DNA from: Candidatus Hydrogenedentota bacterium
GTDB lineage: Bacteria > Hydrogenedentota > Hydrogenedentia > Hydrogenedentales > SLHB01
Assembly (NCBI GenBank): GCA_963745075.1
Contig: CAVUWV010000008.1
Location: 224,001-288,000 of the forward strand
DNA: 64,000 nucleotides
Direction: 5' to 3'
This document shows, piece after piece, positions 1 to 10,469 of this stretch (its first letter is position 1; every line of letters begins with the position of its first letter). The translations under genes and the position numbers were made by a program. A model generated the notes under the pieces. The model saw only the letters and a program-made list of their open reading frames with translations. It ran no database searches and was not told where the DNA came from.

Positions 1-1902
1 GAACTTGGCCTTCAGCCAGAACACGCCCCGCCACGGTGCCCATGTTGTTTCGCAGCACGATTTCTATTGTGGGCGTTGCCGCATCGTAGAACGCGGCGCC
101 AACGCCGGATTCGGCGTGCCACGCGGCGATGCTGCCCCGGTCTTTTTCGAGACTTTGCAAGCGAAACCGGCCATTTGCGTCCGTCTTTGCCAAGGCTTGT
201 GTCTCGCGCGACGCTGCGTCCGCCGGTACGCGTTTCGAAAATACGAGGGCTCCTTCGACAGGCGTTCCATCCTCGCCGACGACGGTTCCTTCCACGGCAA
301 GGCCGCGTTCAAGGCGCGCCTCCACCCCAGCGACCTCGCGGCCCGGAAGCACCGTTACCGGGGTGCCGGTTTCCTTGTACCCCTCGGCGGAGACTAGTAC
401 TTCGTTTTCCCCAGCATCGGCGCCTTCCACACGGAACCGGCCTTCGTCGTTTTCCACGAGCACAGGCTGATTGTCCCCCTTCTGCATACGGACCGAGAAG
501 CGTGTGACCGGCATGCCGGTATCCGCATACCGCACTTGTCCGATACGGTTCCCCGGTGTTCGAGAACGATGTCAAAGGGCCGTTTGACGGGATCCGCAAG
601 GAATCCAAATAGCGCGGAATAGTCCGCATGCTCGACGCGAAGAGGAAGTAGGTGACCGGCGTAGAACCCGGGCAAACTGTAGCTCCCGTCCGGCAGCGAC
701 TGAGCCTTGATGCCGTCCCGCTTGTTCCCCAGTTCACTCGCATAGAACGGTTGCGCCCGCGATGTTTTCCGAGGGAGTCCCGAACATGCCCGGCAAGCGT
801 CCACTCACCTTCGGTGGCCGCAGACAGCAGCTGGTTCGGAGCCCGAAGATGAAATCCGCTGACGTGTTGGTCCCAAGTAACCTCGATACGCTTCAGGACC
901 ATGCCTCTCGTGGGGCGCCCAGCCGTACGACTGCTCGTCTTCCCCGGGTTTCCGGGGGTTCCAGGCAAGATCGTATTCGCCCTCGGCCAACAGCCGGAAG
1001 CACGAAATCTCCGTTTTCATCCGTCTTGCCGTATCGCGATCCCAAATAGTCACTTGCAGTGGACCGCGCCATGACATTCACTTCGGCGAGCGGTTGACCG
1101 AGATGATCGGACAGGGTTCCGGAAACACTTGCTCCGTGCCGAAGCACCAGCCGGACGTTATGCAAGCCGTCTTCGGGCATAGCCAACGGTCCGGCGATTT
1201 TGCTAACGTAGCGCTTCGCGGTCCGGCGGCAAGCGCTTTGGTTGTTCCATCCGGTTCCGTTCGCACGGACGTATGGATGTCCTTACCTTTCGATGCGAAC
1301 AGCATCACCTCGTCGGTCACCGGGAACCCACCCGCTTTGAACCATCCGTTCGCTGCGGTTTGCGCATTCAAATAGGTCGACGCCCCACGGAACACGATTT
1401 CCGCGTCCGCGACCGGATTCCCGGCGGTGTCGACAACGATTCCCGAAATGGTCTCGCCCACGATGGCCTCGAAGTCCGGCCCGGATTGGGCCGGGCGTCA
1501 GTGACTTCAAATAGTCGAATGGACTCGTTCTGCGCGAACCGTAGTTCGACTTCGTAGTCCTGTGTGTCACCGGGGTCTTGCGTGTTCCAGTAACTCGAAC
1601 ACAGTAGTTTGTACCGGCCCGGCGCCAATCCGGTGATACGATATCGTCCTTCCTCATCGGTTAATCACGGTTTCTTCGTCGCGAATAGCGGAACATGCCC
1701 GTGCCGTCGTCTGGCTGACTGACCAGAGCGTACGCCTTTCAACGGCCGGTCCGTGTCCTGCTCGCGGACGTACCCTTCGACGGTTGGTCCGGTGATTGCC
1801 GCGGGAAGCGCGGCTGCGGGTCAGGCGCAGGTGCGGGCGAGTCGTTGCGGTTCGGCCGTTCCGGTTCGGAAGTGGGGACCGAAGCCGCGGTGGCCGGGGT
1901 GT
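1..1902 (-). CDS. Frameshifted C-terminal extension of the ECF sigma factor, with repeated carboxypeptidase-regulatory-like (beta-sandwich) domains; continues beyond the window start
   Basis: Minus-strand fragments repeat the motif GxVVDxxGxPV...TDxNGxF (ISGIVVDTAGNPVADAEI; VSGTLSDHLGQPLAEVNV...KTDENGDFVL; VEGTVVGEDGTPVEGALV...KTDANGRFRL) in alternating frames, joined by frameshifts. Confidence 0.65.
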
Positions 1903-2688
1903 TCAGCGAAGATCGCCGGCAGTGTCAACGTCGGGCGTTTCGTGGAACGAAAGAGCTGCAATTCCCATGCCACCAATGACCAGTAACGCGGCGACGATCG
2001 CCGCAATTCCTTTCGCCGTCAACAGTCCGGCAGCAACGCCCGCGGCGGCATTGCTTGCGCCTGCGTAGACGGCGAGGTTCCCGAGGCTCGCCGTGAGGCC
2101 TGCGGGCACGGCGATCGCTTCGGCCAAGTTCGCCGCGAGCAGGGCGGTGAGCGCGGTAAGCGACACGTTCACGCCGCGTTTATCAAGGGTCGCGCGGACC
2201 GACTGCAAGGCGCGGTTGATCCGCTGCGAAACGGCGGAACGCGTCACACCTTCCGCGTCGGCGATGGCCTGTTGCGAGACCCCCTCGATAAAATGCGCGA
2301 CGATCGTGTCGCGTACATGGTCGGGCAGTTCGTTGATGGCGGCGTCGACGTGCTCGCGCAGATCGTTCCACGTGACTTCCGTCGTCGTGGGGGACTGCGC
2401 GGCAAAGCGATCTTCCCGCGCCCTGCGCGAGGAATCGCGGCGCATCCGGTCGATGGAAAGATTGACCGCGACCCGGTGCAGCCAGGCGCCCAGCGAACCC
2501 CGAATGGTAGTCGACGTGCGCGCTAGGCTAAGGAAGCACTCCTGCGTCACGTCTTCCGCGTCGGCGGCGTTGCGCAACATCCGCAACGCGGTGGCGTACA
2601 CCATGCCGGCGTATTGCTCGCACAACCCTCGGAACGCGTCCGCGTCCCGCCGTTCCAACCACGCCTGCGCCAATGCCTGCTCCGTCAT
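1903..2688 (-). CDS. ECF-type sigma-70 RNA polymerase sigma factor with a C-terminal transmembrane segment
   Basis: Region 2 (DAEDVTQECFL, GAWLHRVAVN) and region 4 (AINELPD...IADAEGVTRSAVSQRINRA), followed by a hydrophobic helix IAAIVAALLVIGGMGIAAL. Confidence 0.9.
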   Translation of the reverse strand: MTEQALAQAWLERRDADAFRGLCEQYAGMVYATALRMLRNAADAEDVTQECFLSLARTSTTIRGSLGAWLHRVAVNLSIDRMRRDSSRRAREDRFAAQSPTTTEVTWNDLREHVDAAINELPDHVRDTIVAHFIEGVSQQAIADAEGVTRSAVSQRINRALQSVRATLDKRGVNVSLTALTALLAANLAEAIAVPAGLTASLGNLAVYAGASNAAAGVAAGLLTAKGIAAIVAALLVIGGMGIAALSFHETPDVDTAGDLR

Positions 2689-2979
2689 CGCTTGCTCCTT
2701 GGATTACGATAGCATGTCCACGTCTGCAAGAAAGACGGAGAACGCCGGGGGATGTTAAGTCCGCCCGGGAAACTTTCCACGGATCGGCTGCGCGCATCGA
2801 AATTTCCACGTATGATGGTGGTGATCCATTAAGCGCCCGAGAGACAGCAGGGACATCAAGGACAGCAAAGACGACACGGAATACGAGAAAGTTGACCGTC
2901 TGCCAAGATGTCATCGAACGATTTCCATAGTGCCCGATGCCACGACTATTGGATTTGTCCCTGTGGTTCCTGCGGCCGC

Positions 2980-4536
2980 TTACGGCCCCTCGAATACGTG
3001 GGCAGGCATGGGCTTTGGTTCGCGCACGATGGGTTTGAATTTGGCCAAGGCCAGGATTTGCGATTCGATGTCGATTCCCGGCGCGACTTCGATCAATTCG
3101 AGCCCCTCTTCGATCAGCCGGAACACGGCGCGCTCCGTGATGTAGAGAATCTCCTGGTCGCTGAGCAGCGCGCGCTTCGCCGCGAACGAGATTTGCTCGA
3201 CGTGTTCGACGAACTTGGAATACTTGCCTTCCTGCACGATCTGTAACGTGCCGTTGGCCACCGCGACTTCCAGTCCGCCGGCCATGAAGGTCCCGCAAAA
3301 CACGACGCGCTTCGTCGATTGCGTGATGTTGACGAAGCCGCCCACGCCCGCCAGTTTGGGCCCGAACTTGGAGACGTTCACGTTGCCTTCGCCGTCGACT
3401 TCCGCGGCGCCGAGTAAGGCGATGTCGATGCCGCCGCCGTCGTAGAAGTCGAACTGGGCCGGCTGGCTCACGATGGCTTCGGGATAGTTGGAGGCGCCGA
3501 AACTCATAAATCCCGCCGGGATGCCGCCAAAGGGCCCACTTTCGACGGTCAGCGTGAACCGATCCAACGTGCCCTTTTCGGCGGCAATGCACGCCACGCC
3601 TTCGGGCATGCCGAAGCCCAGATTGACGATGTCGCCATCGCGGATTTCGTCGTAGGCGCGGGCCGCGATGATCCGGCGGTCGTCCATGGGCATAGGGGGC
3701 AATAGCGTTGCCACATCCAAATCCGGCGGCGCGGCGGAACAGTACGCCGGATTGAACTCTTCGCCGAAGGTTTGATCGTGTTCGTGTCCTTGAGCTACTA
3801 CGACCGCGTCCACAATCACACCGGGCACTTTGACGGATTGCGGCGGGGCGGCCTCCTCCCGAACGGTTTCCACCTGCGCGATTACGATCCCATCGTGATT
3901 GTGGGCCGCTTGCGCGATCGCCAGGATCTCGCCCGTGATCACTTCCCGGTCCATAGTGAGGTTGCCGCGCACATCCGACGAGGTCGCGCGAACCAAACCT
4001 ACGTGAATCGGGAAACTGTGGTACAGCAGCCAGGTTCGCCCGCCGATCTCGATGCGCTCGACGAGTCCTTCCGGCGTGCGATCGTTCAGGCGGCCACCTT
4101 TGTGAATGGGATCGATAAAGGTGTCGAGGCCCACGTGCGTGATACAGCCCGGACGCCCCGCGGCGATGTCGCGATAGAGTTGGCAGATGACGCCCTGGGG
4201 AATGTTGTAGGCTTCGATCTTGCCGTCGACGATCATGCGGCCTACACCCGGGGCGAGACCGAAGTGTCCCCCGATTATCCGGCGCACCATGCCGTCGTGT
4301 TCCACGTGGTTCAGGCCGCGGGTCTGAAAATCCCCCTGCCCGGCGGCATAGACCAGCGTCAGGTCCCGGGGATGGCCCTCGGCGAGAAACCGCCGTTCCA
4401 AGGCCGCCAGCAACCCTTCGGGGTGCGCGGCGCCGCCAAACCCGCCGACCGCAATTGTCACCCCGTCGGCTATCCGCGCGATGGCCTCGTCTGCGGAACA
4501 CACCTTTTCCATTTCGAGCGTCTGTGCGGATTGCAT
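2980..4536 (-). CDS. Acyl-CoA:acetate/propionate CoA-transferase (fused family I, YdiF/Pct-like)
   Basis: Motifs NIPQG, VGLDTFIDP, NLGFGMPEG, TVESG (catalytic Glu), QFDFYDGGG, GNVNVSKF, YITERAVF. Confidence 0.92.
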   Translation of the reverse strand: MQSAQTLEMEKVCSADEAIARIADGVTIAVGGFGGAAHPEGLLAALERRFLAEGHPRDLTLVYAAGQGDFQTRGLNHVEHDGMVRRIIGGHFGLAPGVGRMIVDGKIEAYNIPQGVICQLYRDIAAGRPGCITHVGLDTFIDPIHKGGRLNDRTPEGLVERIEIGGRTWLLYHSFPIHVGLVRATSSDVRGNLTMDREVITGEILAIAQAAHNHDGIVIAQVETVREEAAPPQSVKVPGVIVDAVVVAQGHEHDQTFGEEFNPAYCSAAPPDLDVATLLPPMPMDDRRIIAARAYDEIRDGDIVNLGFGMPEGVACIAAEKGTLDRFTLTVESGPFGGIPAGFMSFGASNYPEAIVSQPAQFDFYDGGGIDIALLGAAEVDGEGNVNVSKFGPKLAGVGGFVNITQSTKRVVFCGTFMAGGLEVAVANGTLQIVQEGKYSKFVEHVEQISFAAKRALLSDQEILYITERAVFRLIEEGLELIEVAPGIDIESQILALAKFKPIVREPKPMPAHVFEGP

Positions 4537-4633
4537 CGAACGTGCCCCCCTGAAGTACTGCTGCGCCGCGTACCATCTACGGCGACCCCCTTCTCGGTAT
4601 CATAAACCCTGCACAGGGAAAAGGTAAAGGTTC

Positions 4634-4661
4634 TAAAGTCTTCCCCTCTTCTTGCCGATAA
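4634..4661 (+). promoter_or_regulatory. Sigma-28 (FliA/SigD)-type promoter
   Basis: TAAA (4634-4637), 16-nt spacer, GCCGATAA (4654-4661) matches the flagellar sigma consensus. Confidence 0.7.
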
Positions 4662-4733
4662 AGAGACTGGCGAATTGGGAATGGTTTTCTCACGGGAGAG
4701 TCATGCCTTGGCGTGACTCGGGGATGGACAACT

Positions 4734-6077
4734 ATGGGTACAGGCGCACTGCAATTTCACCCGCCGCCGTTGTTCCCGGGGCTGCCGGGGTTGAACAACG
4801 GCAACACGCAAGAACTTCTGGCCAAACTCCTTGGCATCGCTGCTCCGAAGCAACCAGGGAGTCCCGAATCCACCGAAACGACGGATACCGACGGGGTCGG
4901 CGACGACCAGTCACATGCCATCGGTCAACAGTTCGACGCGTTCGTGTACAAGTCACAGGTGGAGCGATTCTCGCTCTCGGCCGCGCTCCAGGAAGCCGCG
5001 GCGCGGATCAATGGCGAAAATGGCGACAGTGGCGCCGAAGCGCAAGTGGCCCAACTCTCATTTTCGTTCTTTGCGGAGTCCCGTACCGAGGAACTCGTCC
5101 GTTTCAGTCAGCGCACGCAGGACGTGGCGAACGGCCTCGACGGCTCGCAACGCGAATCGTATGTCGAAGCCAGCCGCAAGGTGGCGCAACGCTTCTCGTT
5201 GTCGCTAACCGTGACCGGCGGCGCCCTGAACGGCTTCTCCGGCGCGTCGGAAAAGTTGAGCGGAACGAACGGGCAAACGGCCATCGATCAACTGCTCGGT
5301 TTGACCAACGAAGCGTTGGCCAATTCGGACGAAACGCTGAACAAGATCTTTGATTTGCTGGACGCCTTCTTCTCGAATACAGATTCCGATTTCCAGGCGC
5401 GCTTCAACGATTTGCTTGCCGGGCTCCAGGAAACCGGACTGATCAAGAGCCCAAATACCGGACAGTCCGGCAGCGGCGGACAACAGATCCAGATTCAGCA
5501 ATCGAGTTTCAGCCTGCAACTCGAGTTCAGTTTCGAGTCGGTCGAAGTCACCAGTGTGAAACAAGGCGAGGTGAAGGAGTCCGATCCCATCACGCTGGAC
5601 CTCAACGGGAACGGCATCGAACTGACCAGTTACAGTAACGGCGCGCGCTTCGACATTCTCGGCAACGGCACAGCCGTGAACACGGCTTTCGTAACGGGCG
5701 GCGACGCATTCCTCACCCTGGATCGCAACGGGAACGGTATTGTCGACAGCGGCAAGGAGTTGTTTGGCGATCAGAACGGCGCGCGCAACGGATTTGAAGA
5801 ACTCCGCAAGCTGGACAGTAACGGTGACGGGGTAATCAACGCGCGCGACAAAGAGTTCAGCGCACTGCGCCTCTTCCGCGACAACGGCAACGGGATAACC
5901 GAAGCCGGCGAACTTATCTCCCTGGCCGATGCGGGAATCGAGTCCATCGATCTGAACTACACCAACGTCAACGAAAAGACTTCGGGCGGCAACCGCATCG
6001 GGCAAGTCGCCCAGTTCCGTTACGGGGATGGCCGCTACGGTCGCGCCGTCGACTCGATTTTGAATTACACCGCGTAA
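4734..6077 (+). CDS. Hypothetical protein with a C-terminal Ca-binding DxNGNG-repeat domain of the kind found in RTX/hemolysin-type proteins
   Basis: DPITLDLNGNGIEL...GGDAFLTLDRNGNGIVDSGKELFGD...LDSNGDGVIN...DNGNGITEAGEL. ATG 4734 chosen as start; the ORF is open from 4713. Confidence 0.7.
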   Translation: MGTGALQFHPPPLFPGLPGLNNGNTQELLAKLLGIAAPKQPGSPESTETTDTDGVGDDQSHAIGQQFDAFVYKSQVERFSLSAALQEAAARINGENGDSGAEAQVAQLSFSFFAESRTEELVRFSQRTQDVANGLDGSQRESYVEASRKVAQRFSLSLTVTGGALNGFSGASEKLSGTNGQTAIDQLLGLTNEALANSDETLNKIFDLLDAFFSNTDSDFQARFNDLLAGLQETGLIKSPNTGQSGSGGQQIQIQQSSFSLQLEFSFESVEVTSVKQGEVKESDPITLDLNGNGIELTSYSNGARFDILGNGTAVNTAFVTGGDAFLTLDRNGNGIVDSGKELFGDQNGARNGFEELRKLDSNGDGVINARDKEFSALRLFRDNGNGITEAGELISLADAGIESIDLNYTNVNEKTSGGNRIGQVAQFRYGDGRYGRAVDSILNYTA

Positions 6078-6317
6078 TCTCAAAATGGTTGTCCCTATTT
6101 TTTGCGGCGGGCTCCATTGCGGTCTTGGTCAGCAATCAGAGTACGGTTGACGGTGAAGCATTGTGGCACGACGGCACCGTTGAGGTGGAAGCGTAAACGA
6201 CACGAATCCGAATACAATCCACATTCGCGCGGTAACAATCCGTTTGTGTTTGTTCGATTACGATTACGAGTACGAGAGGATGAACCGAGACGATTGTATC
6301 GACCTAGCGCGGAGGGG

Positions 6318-8454
6318 CTACGACCGGTAGCTGTAGACCCAGTATGTGTACTCATCCCACGTCGTGCCGTCGTCGGCGGTGAGCGTGATGGTGAGGTGCT
6401 CCTTCCCTGCGGTCAGGCTGCCGGGAATTTCAAAGTCCGTGTCGCGCCAGGTAGCGCGAGCGTGCCCGGCGGGGATGTACCAGGAGCCGGCGTCTTCGCC
6501 ATTCACGCGCACGCGAACGCGTTGCGTTTTGGTCAGAACGGGTTCGGGTCGTCCACCGCCTAAGGGGCCCTTCGCGCCGAAGGCATAGTACGAGCGGCGT
6601 CGCAGTTTTACGCCTGCGTTGTTGGGATCTACGTTCACAGTAAAAGAACTCGTACCGGTCCACGCGCGGCCGGAATCTTTGAAGGCATGGTCGCGGTCGC
6701 GCGGTGCATCGTCCAGCAACGTAAGCTGGTAGGCGCCTTCGTACGGCAGCACATATGCCGCCTCTTCCGTCGCACCTTTGCACGCATATGCATGAGCCTG
6801 TTCCGACGCCGCATCGCCCACGTCCAATTCATCCGTGAGCGTCAACGCAGGTTCGTCCCGCTGGTAGAAGAACGCGGTCCCAGAGTAGTGCGCGGGGATG
6901 CGTCCATTCGGACCGTGCTCGAGGTCGAAACGGAAGGACCGGTAGTACGGCGCAACGCCCCCGACGTGAAACCGGTACATAACGGTGTAGTCTTCCCGGC
7001 AGCGCACGTGCAAGGGATAGCCGTGGGTCGGGTACGAAAACACGGCGTCGTGTTTCTTCAGGTCGTACCACCCCCAATTAAAATACTCCTCAGTCCCCGT
7101 GCTGGCGACGAGCGGGGTGCGGTTGCCGTCGGTGTAGTACCGGGCGTCGCCTTCCAGGTATCCCCGGTGCGGCAACTGGTTGGACGGACGGCTGAAGTGC
7201 ACGCTGCTGAACGTCATCACGCAGCCCACGTAGTGGCCGCGCCCGCGCGTGTCGAGCACGCAATAGTCTTCACCGTCACGGAGCGGTGTCTCGCTGCGCC
7301 ATTGCGCGTTGAAGTAGCAGGCAGTTTCCGGATAGGCCTTCTCCGTTCGCGTCACGGCGTACTCGACCTCGATGGTGTCGGTGTCCGATTCATTGAGTAA
7401 TTCAATCCGCGCCGACTTCCAATACGGCATGGGGAAGTTGCAGTACAGCCAACCGTCTTCGTCCTGCCCGACATAAAGGCTTTCGGGACGCACGGTACCC
7501 GCCACGTAACGCTCGGTGTCGAAGGGCTGAAGGTCCGGACTCTCGAGTGCCTTCACCGCGCGTGGACACCCGAGCGCGAAAAACGTGCTCACCGGCGAAT
7601 CGACGTGCGGCACCTCCCGGCCGTCCCAATACGCGCGCAATACGAGGTCCGCAGCCGGTTGGATTGCCCCATTCTTAAACCGAAGTCGAAGCCCCGTGAT
7701 CGCGCCCGCGCCTGCAACGTCAACAATGGAAGCCGTGCCCGCCAGTGCGATGGAAAGCGACCCGGACTCGGTCTTACCCTTTGGTTTGGGTTGGTGCGCG
7801 GGGTCGGTCCACCACGGCTTTGCATCGTCGAGATTCTGTGCCGGATCGAAGGAACGTCACGGCCGTACCCGACGCGAACTTATGCGCGAAGACATTTAGA
7901 AAGTGTGGTTTCTCCATCTCCGTCGTCGTGAGCTTGCAGCCGTGCGCGAACGGAATCGGTACGTACGACCACGACGAGCCGTGGGCAACGTCTTCATCCG
8001 CCACAAACGGCGGCACGAAGGGCGGTGTCTTGCCCGCGTAGAGATCCTTGAATGAGATCGTGTAAGAGGGTTCCTTCGCGCCATCGAGATAGACGCGCAG
8101 ATCGCCCTTGTGCAGAATCGTCCGCAGGACGTAGACGCACCCCGGCCCATCTTCGTCGAACAGCACCCATTCGTCGCCGTCCTTGTAGAGATACGAGTAG
8201 GCCGCATTAAACCCGTCGTCGTTGTCGCCGGTCACGTCGTGGCTGTCCGTTCCGACCAGCCAAACCCCTTGCCGTGCCAGCGGCAAGCCGTCCGGCGAAA
8301 CCAACGCCGCACGCCCCTCTTCAGCGTTTGACATGACACATCCTCCCCAAGCGACCAGGCAAAGCACCAAAGCAAATGCCGGTATGTTTCGACGAAGTTT
8401 TCCGTTCTGCATCGCGTTCATCGTCATTCTCCCCGCGTTGTCCCTGTTCCCCAC
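6318..8454 (-). CDS. DUF2961 / GH172-like glycoside hydrolase with signal peptide, split by a frameshift near 7850
   Basis: LFDEDGPGCV, LRAYWDG, NFPMPY, GRGHYVG, LEGD...YTDG, TGTEEYFNWGWY, YRFH, LEHG. The N-terminal ORF has a lipoprotein-like signal. Confidence 0.8.
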
Positions 8455-8511
8455 GGAAATCGTGACTTATCGTAGGCGGGGCGGAAACACCGATCAATAG
8501 CGGTCAACAAT

Positions 8512-8599
8512 GTAGACGCGGCTTCCAGCCGCGTTAGCTCTTTCTGCCATCAGAACAGATTGAAGTTTAGGATTTAACGCGGCTGGAAGCCGCGTCTAC
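8512..8599. repeat. GTAG-family REP doublet (REPIN-like)
   Basis: GTAGACGCGGCTTCCAGCCGCGTTA (8512-8536) and its exact reverse complement (8575-8599), 38-nt spacer. Each arm is itself palindromic. Confidence 0.85.
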
Positions 8600-8713
8600 T
8601 CTGGACTGCGCGCGGAACTAGGTTTCAAGGATAAGCGTACGAACCACAGATTTCCCCCGGAATCGACATCGGCGGCGTGGTCGTTATAAGATGGGCAGAC
8701 AAGGAGGTCCGAC

Positions 8714-9187
8714 ATGAGCCAAATCCCCCTGGAAGTCCTGGGTGTGAGCATGGATAGCCACCATCAGCCGGTCGTGATCCTGCGCCATGAGGATCGCGTA
8801 CTGCCCATCGTCGTGGGGTTGCCGGAAGCGGAAGCGATCCATGCGGCCCTCATCAACCGCGACCTGGGCCGTCCCATGACCCACGACCTCATCTGCAACC
8901 TGTTGGCCGGACTTCGCGGCGAGTTGCAGTCGGTGACCATCTACAAACTCGAAAACGAGACCTTCTACGCCCACCTGAACATCGAGCAGCGCAGCGTGGA
9001 CGGGCAAGTCGAACAGGTCCTTCGCGTGGATTCGCGTCCCAGCGACGGGATCGCCATCGCCTGCCGCACGGAATCGCCGATTTTTGTGACGCAGACGGTT
9101 ATGGACGTGGCGTCGCAGGATATGTCCATCCTCGGTACCGGGGAAGAACCGGACGAAGAAGGCGAAGAGCCCGATTTTGACGCGTAG
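8714..9187 (+). CDS. Bifunctional nuclease family protein (DUF151)
   Basis: LPIVVGLPEAEAI, RPMTHDL, TFYAHL, DSRPSDGIAIA. RBS AAGGAGG upstream. Confidence 0.92.
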   Translation: MSQIPLEVLGVSMDSHHQPVVILRHEDRVLPIVVGLPEAEAIHAALINRDLGRPMTHDLICNLLAGLRGELQSVTIYKLENETFYAHLNIEQRSVDGQVEQVLRVDSRPSDGIAIACRTESPIFVTQTVMDVASQDMSILGTGEEPDEEGEEPDFDA

Positions 9188-9392
9188 TCCGGATGCGCGG
9201 TCGCCGTCATGGACTTGCGGTTCTCTCAGAATCGATAAGTTGCGTATTCACAGGAACTGGACCGCACTGTATATTCTCTGGATCGGATGGATCGGTCCGA
9301 TCGGTCGGATCCGTCCGATCTCAATTGAAGTTTTCGAGGCCGCGCAGGGACGACGCTGCTAGGAGTGACATAGTCTTGGGGAGAGCAGTCCA

Positions 9393-10394
9393 ATGAAAGG
9401 TGAAGTTCGCGTAGGGTTCGTGGGCTGTGGCGCGCACGCCACCATGAACCTGTATCCGTCGCTGCAGTACGCGCCGGTGCAACTGGTTGCGGTGTGCGAC
9501 ATGGACGTGGAACGGCGTGATACTGTGAGTCGGCGGTTTGGCGCAGAAGCGGCATTCGACTCGGTGGACGCGCTCCTGTCCGGACCCGAGTTGGACGCGC
9601 TCATCATTTGCGGTCCCCCGGAATTGCACCAGGACGCCGCAATCAAAGCCCTCGACAAGGGGTTGCACGTCTTCATGGAGAAACCGCCCGCGCCGGATCT
9701 GGCCGGCGCCCTGGCGATCCAGACCGCGGCACAACGCAACCAACGCCAGTGCATGGTGGGCTTCATGAAACGCTACGCGCTGCGCTACCAGGAAGCCCAG
9801 GAGATTCTGCGTTCGCGCGTGTTCGGAAAGCTCACTCACGTCACCCTGAAGTACGCCCACTGGAATGTGCCGGACCTGCGCTGGATGCTCACGTATATGT
9901 CCGTGCATGCGCTCGACTTGGTCCGGTTCTTCGCGGGAAACTTGGCGCATATCACGATCGAACATGTCGAAGTCGCGGGCCAGCATTCCTTTGCGTGCAC
10001 CGCCGTGGCCCGGAACGGCGCGCTGGTCGCTATCAACATGAGCAGTCAGGAACCTCGCGTCAAGGAACACGTGGAACTCGTCGGTGAAGGGGAACTGGTC
10101 GTCGTGCGCAACGTGGTCGAACTCGAATACCACCGGCGGGTCAGCCCGACCCGGTTGTTCCATTCGGATCTGCACGACGTGCAACTGCTGCGACCCGATT
10201 TCGCCATCCCGAATCCCGACCAGAACACCTTGTACCTGCAAGGGTATGCGGGGGAAATCATCGAATTCGCCAAGGCCTGCCTCGAAGACCGTGCGCCGAC
10301 GGTCACCATCGACGACGGGGTCGCTGCCATGCGCCTCGTCGAGTTGTTGTCCGAGGGCAAGAACGGCACTTTCGATCTCCCGGACGAGGCGTAG
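9393..10394 (+). CDS. Gfo/Idh/MocA family oxidoreductase
   Basis: VGFVGCG Rossmann motif, HVFMEKP, VGFMKRY, HALD. Confidence 0.9.
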   Translation: MKGEVRVGFVGCGAHATMNLYPSLQYAPVQLVAVCDMDVERRDTVSRRFGAEAAFDSVDALLSGPELDALIICGPPELHQDAAIKALDKGLHVFMEKPPAPDLAGALAIQTAAQRNQRQCMVGFMKRYALRYQEAQEILRSRVFGKLTHVTLKYAHWNVPDLRWMLTYMSVHALDLVRFFAGNLAHITIEHVEVAGQHSFACTAVARNGALVAINMSSQEPRVKEHVELVGEGELVVVRNVVELEYHRRVSPTRLFHSDLHDVQLLRPDFAIPNPDQNTLYLQGYAGEIIEFAKACLEDRAPTVTIDDGVAAMRLVELLSEGKNGTFDLPDEA

Positions 10395-10469
10395 GCGCAG
10401 CCCATACAGTTCCGGTATAATCCTTTACGGTGCAGCGAAACGGGCGCATATTGCCGTTGGAGAATAGCC

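Noticed and set aside
2528..4576. 682-aa ORF and other long alternative-frame or antisense ORFs (e.g. 13893-15521, 20596-22176, 35009-36367)
   Set aside because: They are shadows of well-supported genes in high-GC DNA and have no recognisable motifs.
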